Shown here: positions 55,214 through 64,000 of the stretch, piece after piece | Numbering within the stretch: position 1 is the first letter of the stretch | Layout of the letters: every line of letters begins with the position of its first letter | Assembly (NCBI GenBank): GCA_963833985.1 | Contig: CAWIAD010000001.1 | Coordinates: forward strand, 3,104,001 to 3,168,000 | Length of the DNA: 64,000 bases | Source: an uncultured Planctomycetaceae bacterium | GTDB lineage: Bacteria; Planctomycetota; Planctomycetia; Isosphaerales; Isosphaeraceae | Reading direction: 5' to 3' | Notes under the pieces: model-generated | Seen by the model: only the letters and a program-made list of their open reading frames with translations | The model's database searches: none | Told to the model about the DNA's origin: nothing | Position numbers and translations under genes: made by a program

Positions 55214-55475
55214 GGCGCGCTCCATGCCAATACGAAGAGCAACATGAACTGATCTCTACGTATTCTATCGAACCGAGGAACGCCGCGACACGTCTATCCC
55301 AGCATTTTTCCGGATTCGTCCGCGCAGCAAACAGCCCCGGCCCTCGTGCGCTGGGGGCGCGGGGCTCATGGGCTGCCTGTAAGCGGTTGCTGTCCTGAGA
55401 CCGTCGTCGAGATGGATCTGGAGGGGCAGGCTCAGGGCCCGGCGGTGCCCGGGCGGCGGAAAAGCGGCGGGTGAG

Positions 55476-55565
55476 CTACTTCTTGCGGTGTCGGATCCGG
55501 CTCCGCATCCGGCGTTTCTTGCGGCCGACCTTGCGGCGGCCCTTACCTCGGCGACGGCTGGCCAT
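55476..55565 (-). CDS. 29-aa extremely basic small protein MASRRRGKGRRKVGRKKRRMRSRIRHRKK
   Basis: Below the ORF-track cutoff. Strong AAGGAG RBS just upstream of ATG 55565, TAG at 55478-55476, 18 of 29 residues Arg/Lys. Confidence 0.72.
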   Translation of the reverse strand: MASRRRGKGRRKVGRKKRRMRSRIRHRKK

Positions 55566-55643
55566 GCGTTCTCCTTGGGTTCACGAAGCGATTGCGTGCA
55601 CGACGGACCCGCGAGACGGATGAATCTCGCAAAGCAAATCACC

Positions 55644-55672
55644 TTTGTAACGAAAAACTCGCCCGGTCTCAA
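55644..55672 (-). promoter_or_regulatory. Sigma70-like promoter for the small basic protein
   Basis: Minus strand TTGAGA-N17-TACAAA. Confidence 0.5.
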
Positions 55673-55798
55673 GAGCTACATGACCACGGAAACAGGGCAA
55701 CAGGGCAGGCGGCCAGGCCGTCGATGCTGGATCGGACTGCGGGACACCGGTTGCAAGCCACAAGCTCAACATGGTCTCGGTTGCGGTGCGCAGCTTGG

Positions 55799-56758
55799 CT
55801 ATCCTACCAGCGCGAATGCCCGGTCCATGGCTTTGCTGGTCAGCTCCAGCACCTGATCAGCCGGCATGCGGCGGAGCTCCGCCTTGAACGGCTCGGCGCG
55901 CACGGGACCGTCGTAGCCAATCTTCACCAGGGCGGTCAGGAACGTCTTCACGTCGATCACGCCGGTGGCGCAGGGGAGGTCGCGCACCAGGTCTTTCTGC
56001 TCGTCGGTGGCGATGCCAGACGGGGCGTCGTTCAGGTCGCAGGCGATCACGTCCGATCCCTTGAGGCCCAGCAAGTCCGCCTCGGTCTCGTGCGCCGTGT
56101 ACCAGTGCCAGCTATCAAGCACAAGTCCCAGGTTCGGCCGGTTGATCGCGGCGATCAGCTCGCGCACCTCGGCCATGGTGTGCACGAACGGGTACCTCAT
56201 GGTGGACCAGGAGGTCTTGGGACCCACGTATTCCAGGCCTAGCCGCACGCCGTGGTCGCCCAGCACGCGGGCGACCTCGCCCAGCCGGGCGACGTGCTGC
56301 TTGAAGTTGGCCGGATAGGTGAGGTGGTTGTGGCCGGGCGTCAGCCACGTTCCCACGCGCGATGCGCCGGCGCGCTGAAGGGCCTTGGCGTCCTCGCCAA
56401 GCTTTTCCATGCCGCTCTTGAATGCGGACTCGTCGCCTCGGAAGTTCACCGATAGACCCGCCGCGCCCCAGACCAGCTTCTTCGCCTTCAGGTCGCCCAG
56501 CAGCTCATCAAGCTGGCTGTCCGAGATGGACCTGAGATATCCGGAATCCGGCGCGACCGATTCGAAGCCGTGCCGGTGCGCCAGCGCGATGGCTTCTGGC
56601 AGTGGCACACTCAATCCAAGGTTGCCGCAGACAAGGTCCTTGGTGAACTTCCGGCTGACGCGCTGACCCGCCCGCACCCCGGTCGTCCCCAGAAGAAACG
56701 CGGAACCGGCCGCACCGCGAAGCAGATCCCGACGGGACAGTGCACGTGACATGATCAT
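55799..56758 (-). CDS. Tat-exported sugar phosphate isomerase/epimerase (xylose isomerase-like TIM barrel)
   Basis: SRRDLL Tat motif, GLEYVGP, LDSWHW, DLNDAP, GYDGPVRAEPF. Confidence 0.85.
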   Translation of the reverse strand: MIMSRALSRRDLLRGAAGSAFLLGTTGVRAGQRVSRKFTKDLVCGNLGLSVPLPEAIALAHRHGFESVAPDSGYLRSISDSQLDELLGDLKAKKLVWGAAGLSVNFRGDESAFKSGMEKLGEDAKALQRAGASRVGTWLTPGHNHLTYPANFKQHVARLGEVARVLGDHGVRLGLEYVGPKTSWSTMRYPFVHTMAEVRELIAAINRPNLGLVLDSWHWYTAHETEADLLGLKGSDVIACDLNDAPSGIATDEQKDLVRDLPCATGVIDVKTFLTALVKIGYDGPVRAEPFKAELRRMPADQVLELTSKAMDRAFALVG

Positions 56759-57051
56759 GACAGTCCTCGAACCCGTGGTTCGTCAAGGAATTCTGAGCCG
56801 GCGCCGACGCGGGGCGAACCGCCCCCGCCTCTTCCGCCAATGTATCGGAGCACCAACCGGAATCAAGGACCTGGTCCGGCCAAGGGATGGTGGATCTTTG
56901 CGAATTCTCAAGCGACTTGAACGAATCACTTCTGGTCACTCGTCTGTTCGTCTACAATCCGGCCCGCCGGGACGGCCGCGGAGGTTCATCGCTCCCCAGG
57001 AAGTCGGCGCTCGGTCCTGACGATTTCACGTTCACATGAAGGATAACGACG

Positions 57052-58186
57052 ATGTTGATGACCGGACTCTCCGGTAACGAGATCTACTGCCTGGCACAGG
57101 TCGGGTTCAGCCCGGGGAACATCGTGCTGGGTAATAGCGTGCACTCGCTGGGGCTGGTGCGGGGCATCACCAGCGGGCTGAAGACGCTCTCCGGCGGAGA
57201 GATCCGCAGCGTCACCGAGCTCATCGTCGACGGCCGCCACGCCGCAATCAATCGGCTGGAGAGCGAGGCCCAGGATGAGAAGGCGCGCGGGCTCACGGGT
57301 GTGACCTCCGAGCTCAGGCAGATTGGCAACCTCATGGAATTCATGGCCATCGGCTCGGCGGTCAACGACGAGAGGAAAAACGGCACGTTCTTCTCGACAG
57401 CCTGCACCGGGCAGGACCTGTTCTGCCAGATCGATTCGGGCTACGAACCGAGGCACTTCGTGATGGGCAACGTGGCCTACGCACTGGGCGTCGGCCGGGG
57501 CATCTCCGGCGGACTGAAGATGATCGCGCGGCGCGGGGAGATCAAAGAGTTCTCTAATATGTACAACCACACGCGGCACCTGGCGCTCGAGCGGCTGGAA
57601 GCCGAGGCGGCCGAGCGGGGCTGCAACGCCGTGGTCGACATCATCACGAAAATCCTGCCGTTCGGGCCCGGTGTCCGCGAGATGCTCATGGTTGGTACCG
57701 GCTCTTACAACCCGGCGCTCGGCCATCCCAAGGTGCCCTACACCTCTGAGCTGACGGGCGAGGAGCTCTGGAACCTGACCCAGTTGGGCTACGCCCCGTT
57801 GCGGCTTGTGCTGGGCACCAGCGTTTACGCCCTCGGGCTTGCCGGCGGCCTCACGGCGTTCTTCCGGTCGTTCGCCCGAGGTGAGATTGGCGAGGTCACC
57901 CGCCTGGTCTACGACGCGCGTGAGAACTGCCTCGATCACATCCGCATCGAGGCCGAGGAGCTCAAGGCCGACGGCGTGATCGGCGTGAAGGTCTTCATCT
58001 ACGAGGCTCGGCGGAGGACTGGTCGAGGTGATGGCGATCGGTACCGCCATCCGCAAGCACGCGAGCGTCTCGACTCACAGCGATCAGCTCATTCCCCAGG
58101 CCATCATCCGCGACCGCGACACCTTCTTCGACCAGCCTCCCCTGCTGCCGGGCGCGCCGAAGCCGAAGAGCCTGGACCGGACGTGA
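57052..58186 (+). CDS. Protein with three tandem YbjQ/heavy-metal-binding-like domains (frameshift near 58010)
   Basis: Three internal repeats (LSGNEIYCL..G..P..IVLGNSV / CTGQDLFC..GYEP..FVMGNVA / LTGEELW..GYAP..LVLGTSV), each ending in an A.GSA/GTA-like motif. Confidence 0.75.
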
Positions 58187-58263
58187 GGCCGCGACTCCTG
58201 CGCAGGCGCAGAGCTTGAACACTCGGTCGCCCGTCCGGTGAGTCTCTGCCTCAGCGGAAGTAC

Positions 58264-58292
58264 AAAAAAAGGCGGAACGCGTGGGTTCCGCC
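58264..58292 (-). terminator. Rho-independent terminator after the Gfo/Idh/MocA gene
   Basis: Minus strand: stem GGCGGAAC / GTTCCGCC with 6-nt loop, followed by T7. Confidence 0.8.
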
Positions 58293-58338
58293 GGGATGGC
58301 GACCTGGTGGCTTGCCGGGTGTGCGGCGGTCCCGCTGC

Positions 58339-59910
58339 TCAGGTGCGGCGGGCCACCGCCGGGGTCGCCGTTGCAGGGGTGTCGGGCGCCTTGTCCGACT
58401 TGTAATCGAACCAGGCCGGGTCGAATTCGATGCGCCGGTTCTGCCGCATGGCCAGGTTGCTGGTCAGCGCGATGACGGCGTCGGCCAGCGCCACCTCGCC
58501 ACGGCAGCGCGGCTGGTGGTCCTTGTCCTCGTGGTAGTTCTTCGGGTCGCCGTGGCGCAGGCAGTAGGCGAAGTGCTCGAGCTCCTCGCGATAGCCGCGG
58601 GAGGGGTCGACGGTGGCCAGTGTGCCCAGGGCCGACGCCGTGCTCGGGCCGGCCAGGCTGGGACTCGTCTCGAGCACCGGCTTCTTGCCCACGGTCTCCA
58701 CCGACACGCTCGTCTGCCGGGACGTGTAGGCGTTGCCGGCCTCCTTGTAGAGCAGGATCTCCTTCTCCTGGCTCACGAGCATCGTTCCCCGCGAGCCCAT
58801 GACCATCTCGCCATAGCCGTCAAATGAGTTGGTATTGATCGAGGAGTAGGTCACGATCACCCGGTCCTTCTCGTCCTTGCCCGAGGGGAATTCGTACGTC
58901 ATGAAGACGTGGTCGTCTACCTCGCGGCCGTCCTTGTAGAAGATCGTCCCGCCCACGCCGGTGACGGCCAGCGGGTGCTTCTTGCCCAGGAAGATCGAGC
59001 AGGCGTCCAGCTGGTGGCTGCCCAGCTCGGCCATCAGGCCGGCCCCTGTGCGGTTGTAGAGCCGCCAGTGGATGAGCTCGTCCAGGCTCTTGTAGCCGTA
59101 CTTGGTGTAATCGACGTTCAGGTCCTTCTCGGGGATCGGCCGCTTCCAGCTATCCTGGTAGACGATGTTGCCGCTTGAATCCCGCTCGTACTCGGGCAGG
59201 CCCGTTTTGGGGTCGTAAATGGTGTTCTTGTCCTTGTCCTTCTTGACCAGGGGTTGGGCGTTATTGCGGTGCCAGAGAGCACGGATGTGCCGCACGTCGC
59301 CCAGCACGCCGTTCTGGAGCAGGAAGTTGGCGTTGTCGTAGAGGGCCGAGTAATGCCGCTGATGGCCGACGGCCAGCAGCCGGTTCTTCTCGCGCGCCAC
59401 CCGGCACATCTCCTTGCACTCGGCCACCGAGTGCGCCATCAGCTTCTCGGTGAAGACGTGCTTGCCGGCCTTCATCGCCTCGATGGCCACCGGGGCGTGC
59501 AGCCACAAAGGAAGCGCGATGACGATCATCTCGACATCGGGGTCGGCCAGCATCTGCTCCTTGGTCTCGTATTGCTTGAGCTTCTTGACGTCCGCCGCGG
59601 TGTACTGCTTGTGGTTGGAGAACTCCTTGACCGCCCGCTCCTGCTGCGACGGGCGGATATCGCAGAAGCCGATGTAGTTCAGGTAATCGCGGTTGTGAAA
59701 GCGGATCATCGCCTGGCAGCCCTCGTCGCCGGTGCCGATGATCGCGGCCTTGACCGGAGGCTTGCTGCCCATATCTTTGTAGCCGAAGTAAAACCCCGCG
59801 AGCGCGGGGGTCGCGGAAGCGGCAATCAGCCAGTCGCGACGGGTCACGCCGAGAGCCCGATCCGCGTTCTCGCGTCCCAGGATCCGTTCTTCGGGGGTCA
59901 GGTTCGTCAT
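58339..59910 (-). CDS. Gfo/Idh/MocA oxidoreductase (Tat-like TRRDWL)
   Basis: IIGTGDEG, ALPLWLHA, FTEKLM, WRLY, ELGSHQLD. Confidence 0.88.
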   Translation of the reverse strand: MTNLTPEERILGRENADRALGVTRRDWLIAASATPALAGFYFGYKDMGSKPPVKAAIIGTGDEGCQAMIRFHNRDYLNYIGFCDIRPSQQERAVKEFSNHKQYTAADVKKLKQYETKEQMLADPDVEMIVIALPLWLHAPVAIEAMKAGKHVFTEKLMAHSVAECKEMCRVAREKNRLLAVGHQRHYSALYDNANFLLQNGVLGDVRHIRALWHRNNAQPLVKKDKDKNTIYDPKTGLPEYERDSSGNIVYQDSWKRPIPEKDLNVDYTKYGYKSLDELIHWRLYNRTGAGLMAELGSHQLDACSIFLGKKHPLAVTGVGGTIFYKDGREVDDHVFMTYEFPSGKDEKDRVIVTYSSINTNSFDGYGEMVMGSRGTMLVSQEKEILLYKEAGNAYTSRQTSVSVETVGKKPVLETSPSLAGPSTASALGTLATVDPSRGYREELEHFAYCLRHGDPKNYHEDKDHQPRCRGEVALADAVIALTSNLAMRQNRRIEFDPAWFDYKSDKAPDTPATATPAVARRT

Positions 59911-59957
59911 GCCTCGCTCCTTGTGAACGAAGGGTTGGTGTTGAGATCAGATCGGTG

Positions 59958-61004
59958 TCACGATCGGGTCGCGAGAGGTTCCGTTTCCCGGGGATGCATC
60001 GAGGTGGCCTTGCCGGTCGTGGTCAGCCCGTACTTCTCGGCCAGCCGGGCCTCGTACCGCGCCCAGCGGCGCCGGCGGCGGGCGCCGAAGAACAGGGCGT
60101 CGAGGCCGAACCAGTGGCCGCTGGCCGTCACCGCGATCAGCAGGCAGGCGATCAATTCAATCAGGTTCTTGCTCACGATCCAGTAATGCCCCTCGGTCTT
60201 GGGATTGGGCGGCAAGCCGGGCCAGGGAGGAATCGAGAGGTAGATCATGGCCAGGAACGCGGCCGCGCATACCGCCGCGAAGGGCGTCAGGAATCCGAGG
60301 ATCAGGCACACCCCGATCGCGCACAGGCCGTACATCGTCAGCCAGTTGGCCATGTCCAGGAAGGTGAGCGGCGCCTTGTAATCGCCAGCGGAGGCCTGCT
60401 GCTCGGGGGTCTTGAGCCCGATCACGCCATCGACCAGTGCCTGGGTGCGCGTCACCAGCGGCTCGGTCAGTTTCCGGCGGTCGCTCTCCAGGGTGCGCCG
60501 GGTTTCCCACGCCCGCTCCCGTTCGTACGACAGAGCGTCGGTGCTTTGTTCGGTCTTCTGGATGACATCCAGCTCGTGCAGATACTTTTCCCGTGCTTCG
60601 CGGTTGTCATAGGCGTTGAACCAGACGTCTGCCCAGACGTTCGCCTGGTCCAGCAGCCCCTTGGCCTTGGCCTTCTGTTCCTCATTGAACTGGTAATGGT
60701 CCCCGATCCGCGTCACGGTGTCGCTCCAGCCGGTCTTGAGCTGCTCGGGGTCCAGCAGCGCCAGGCCATCGGCATCCGGCAGCATGCGGCGAAACTGGGG
60801 CGCCAGCGGACCGGCCGCATTCCTGAGGTAGATCTCGGCCGAGAACGGCTGCTTGCCGTAGAGCGTCGACTCCACCTTGTCGAGCCCCTCGGTGAGGAAA
60901 TGCCAGCCGATGGCAACCCGGAGCAAGACCAGGAAGAGGGCGCCGAGGAACCCGGGATAGTTACGGGACGATAAAATCCCCGGCGGGATGGAAAGGGTGG
61001 GCAT
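59958..61004 (-). CDS. DoxX family membrane protein
   Basis: LLRVAIGWHFLTEGLDK, IGVCLILG.LT, MIYLSIPPWPG, VSKNLIE, GLDA. Confidence 0.8.
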   Translation of the reverse strand: MPTLSIPPGILSSRNYPGFLGALFLVLLRVAIGWHFLTEGLDKVESTLYGKQPFSAEIYLRNAAGPLAPQFRRMLPDADGLALLDPEQLKTGWSDTVTRIGDHYQFNEEQKAKAKGLLDQANVWADVWFNAYDNREAREKYLHELDVIQKTEQSTDALSYERERAWETRRTLESDRRKLTEPLVTRTQALVDGVIGLKTPEQQASAGDYKAPLTFLDMANWLTMYGLCAIGVCLILGFLTPFAAVCAAAFLAMIYLSIPPWPGLPPNPKTEGHYWIVSKNLIELIACLLIAVTASGHWFGLDALFFGARRRRRWARYEARLAEKYGLTTTGKATSMHPRETEPLATRS

Positions 61005-61088
61005 GATTCTCGGTCCTCTTGCGTCGGCCAGGCAAGCGGGACGGCCAGCAAGCCGGGGTCACCGGCGTGGGCCGCGCTCGCATGTTCT

Positions 61089-62190
61089 TCATCGTTGCGT
61101 CATCGAGTCTATCGCGTTCTCGTCGATCAGAAAATCCTGCGGGCCCAGACCGAAGGTCAAGATCCGCGGCGCGGCATGTGCGGCATCGGCCTCGACCAGC
61201 ACCACGCCGATCTCGGGATGGCGTTCGACATGGTCGCGGGCGGCGTCCGGACCAAGCAGGTAGAACGCCGTCGAGAGCGCATCGGCATCGGCCGCCGTCG
61301 GTGCCAGCACGGTCACCGAGAGCGGTCCGCCGCACGCCGGTTCGCCCGTTCGAGGGTCCAGGATATGACCGTACACCTTTCCATCCGCCACGAACTGCTG
61401 AAAGGCGCTTCCGGAAGTCCCCAGCCCGCGGTTGCGCAGCCGGACCAGGCCCAGGGGCGTTTCCGGGCGCAGCGGATTGCGCACGGCGACTTCCCAGCGG
61501 CCGCCCAGCCGGCCAGGAGGGGAGCCAAGCGCGTAAACGCTCGATTGCCCGCCGTGGATGAGAGCTGAGGTCGGGAACCAGTGGCGGCCGATCACCGCCG
61601 CGGCGCAGTCAATCGCGTACCCTTTGCCAATGCTCCCGAGATTGATCTGGATGCCAGCCCGGTCAAAGGCCACCGTCTGGTCCTCGCGGTCGAGCCTCAG
61701 ATGCTGCCACCCGGTCCGGGCCCGGGCCTCGGCCAGCGCTGCGGCATCGGGGACACGCTTCGGCCCGCGCACGAACCCCCACGCCAGCGAGAGCGCCCCC
61801 GAGGTCACGTCGTACGCCCCGCCGGTCTGCTCGCTGAGCGCCACCGCACGCTCGAGCAGCGCGAAGAGTCCTGCGCTCCACGGCCACCGGTCGCAGATGG
61901 GCCGTCGCGTTCAGCCGGCTCACCTCCGACTGGTCATTATAGATGGTGAGCTGGGCCTCCAGCTCGTCAATGACATCGAGTGCGCGGCTTGCCAGGTCGA
62001 CCGCGCCGGGAACTCCGGCCCCCAGCCGCACCTCGAAGTACGAGCCCATCCCCTGCCGGTGCGCCCGGATCAGCTCGCCGCGTGCTTCCGCTGCCGGAGG
62101 TGGAACCGAACCGGGCTTCGCCGGACCGGCGGTCGTTCGCCGCAGCCGCAGGAGATCACGCCGATGAAGGCCAGTTCGCGGTGGTTTCAC
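61089..62190 (-). CDS. apbE: FAD:protein FMN transferase (frameshift near 61870)
   Basis: MGSYFEV, SEVSRLN, TGGAYDVT, NLGSIGKGYAID, TSGS, YGHILDPRTG, ADALSTA. Confidence 0.9.
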
Positions 62191-62799
62191 AGACGGCCTC
62201 GAGCAATGGGCACGGGGCGGGGCCGCAGGCAGGCAACATGTCGATTATACCCGGCGTGAGACCGCTGCAAAGAGGTGACGCACCCGTGCGCGTCGGGCCG
62301 ACACTTCCCCGGCTCATTGCGCAATGGCCAGACCATCTCACACGAGCACGCGACCGCTGGCCCGACTCGCCCGAAATGGCTTCGTTCCGTCCATCCGGCA
62401 TCGAAGCCATCGGACGCTAACCCTTTGTCTGATTGAAGTTAAACATCCATTTTCGATTGGCTTCGATTTTCGCATTTCTTTCTCGGGATGTCCTGAGGCG
62501 GGCCAGAAATCACTTGGGCCAGCGCGACGCCTGGCTGCGGAGGCGCCGCGCTGGTTTGAACTATCGACCGAATTGTCAAAGAGTCTCGGCACAGTGCCGT
62601 CTCATTCAGTCTACGATCGGAACGGCGGGCGCCTGCGAGATTCCCCGCGGTTTGCTCTTCTTGTGCCGGCGCGGTCTTATCACTTGACCTGAGGTGCTCC
62701 ATGCGCTTGCCCTTCTCGTCGGTTCACTGTGACCTGGACCCCTCCGACGACGCGGCGGTGTGCACGCGCGAGATGCTGGAACTGCTGGCGGCGCGGGGG

Positions 62800-63022
62800 C
62801 CTCGGGCGTGAGCCCGACCTGCACGTCGCGGCATCGCACGCAAGGCCTCTGCGCTGGTCCGCCGGTCCCGGCGTTCGTGGCGCATGGCCAGGTGCGCCAG
62901 CGCCCTGGCGTCCGCGGCGTATGGCCACGTGCGCGAGCGCCCTGACGTCCGGGCGCATGGCCACGTGCGCGAGCACGTGGTTTTCACGGGCGCAGCCCCC
63001 AACCTCGGGCGTGAGCCCGACC
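62800..63022. repeat. Two identical 20-bp hairpins flanking three 36-37-bp tandem units
   Basis: CCTCGGGCGTGAGCCCGACC at 62800-62819 and 63003-63022. Units GGCGYATGGCCASGTGCGCSAGC... start at 62879, 62916 and 62952. Confidence 0.8.
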
Positions 63023-63045
63023 AGCACCGCGCCGCATCACGCTCA

Positions 63046-64000
63046 TCACCTCACCGCGCACCCGCCCAGGTTCGCCAGGTGATGCCGGCCCAGACGCCCG
63101 GCCACGTCCCGCAGCCGCTCCCGGCTTGCCGCGAAGAACCGGCCCAGCAGCCGACCCCCGGCCAGCTTCAGCAGCCGTGCTTGCCAGCTCTCGGCATTGC
63201 TTCCCAGCCGCTCCAGGATCCCGGCCAGCTCCGCCGAGATCGCCGCCTTCCCCTCGCGAAACAGCCGCCCGGTGTACTCTACCAGCAGCAGATAGCTGCC
63301 CAGCGAGAACCCCTCGACCATCCCTTCGCGACCGAGACCGCGACCCGAGTCCGAGTCCAGCCTCCTGCGGTCCTCGATCGGGCACAGCCACAGACCCTCT
63401 TCCAGCCCCTCCGCCGCTTGCGACCCCGCCACGCTGCCCGCCTTTGCGGCGTTCAGGTCCTCGGCCCGCCCCTGCTCCTGAGCATGCTCGACCCGCTGCT
63501 TGATCGACGTGTGGGCACTCGCCTCGGGCACCTCGGCGATGCCCGCGGCCACCGGGTTCAGATCGATGTAAGTGCAAGTGGCCAGCAACGATTCCTCATC
63601 GAGGATCGCCACGCTCTGGAACCGCCCCTCGAAGAACGCCCCGCGGGTGTTCTCCTCGCGGTTGGCCATCCGCGACAGCGGCTCCTTCAGGCACTTCATG
63701 AACCAGCTCAGGCTTTGCAGCCGCTGGCGTGCCATCACCACCCACTTCACGTCTTTCAGCCGTTCCTTGACCCACGCCTCCGAGATCGCAACCGCCCGCC
63801 GCGCCTTGTCGCGGGGCGGAAAGAGCCTCCCCCAGCGGCGAACGACCTCCTCATCCGACCACCCGGTGGCGACATCAGGATCGAGCCGCACCAGCAGGTG
63901 CAGGTGGTTGTCGAGGATCGCGAACCCGCCCACGGCGATCGAGAAGATCTCCGCAAGTTCCCGCAACCGCCGTTCGATCCATTCTTTACGGTCGAGATGC
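63046..64000 (-). mobile_element. HUH/Y1 (REP-associated tyrosine, IS200-like) transposase, 5' end outside the window
   Basis: Frame is open to position 64000. NHLHLLV (HUH), SLSWFMKCLKE, AN.E....GAFFEGRF, YIDLNPVAAG. Confidence 0.8.

Noticed and set aside
62879..62980. 36-37-bp repeats as a possible CRISPR array
   Set aside because: The units are contiguous with no unique spacers, they are degenerate, and no cas genes are in the window.

Overview
High-GC bacterial window. The flanking genes look planctomycetal, probably Isosphaeraceae-like (inference): a Planctomycete-type extracellular N-terminal motif, Zn-ribbon and TPR Ser/Thr kinases, PEP-CTERM proteins, a TsaC-phosphatase fusion and Tat-exported Gfo/Idh/MocA enzymes. 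The centre (about 12.0-32.5 kb) is a contiguous molybdenum nitrogenase cluster: nifB-fdxN, a divergent SIR2-like gene, nifHDKTYENX-DUF269-fdxB, nifUSVWZ-hesA, a convergent MoaD/ThiS-like gene and nifA. The Nif proteins closely resemble Azotobacter/gammaproteobacterial types. Sigma54 promoters and NifA TGT-N10-ACA sites are readable upstream of nifB, nifH, the SIR2-like gene and nifU, and an NtrC-like site plus sigma54 promoter precede nifA. nifL, nifM, nifQ, draTG and electron-donor genes are not in the window. Left flank: PNPOx-like gene, ispH, a wHTH regulator with a candidate operator, CNNM/hemolysin, a kinase, lutABC and a SufS-SufE fusion. Right flank: gltA, two PEP-CTERM genes, a giant beta-helix protein, a kinase, oxidoreductases, mlaEFD, an unannotated 29-aa very basic protein, DoxX-Gfo-ApbE, and a HUH (RAYT-like) transposase with hairpin and tandem repeats. 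Many genes carry single-base frameshifts, most likely long-read assembly errors.
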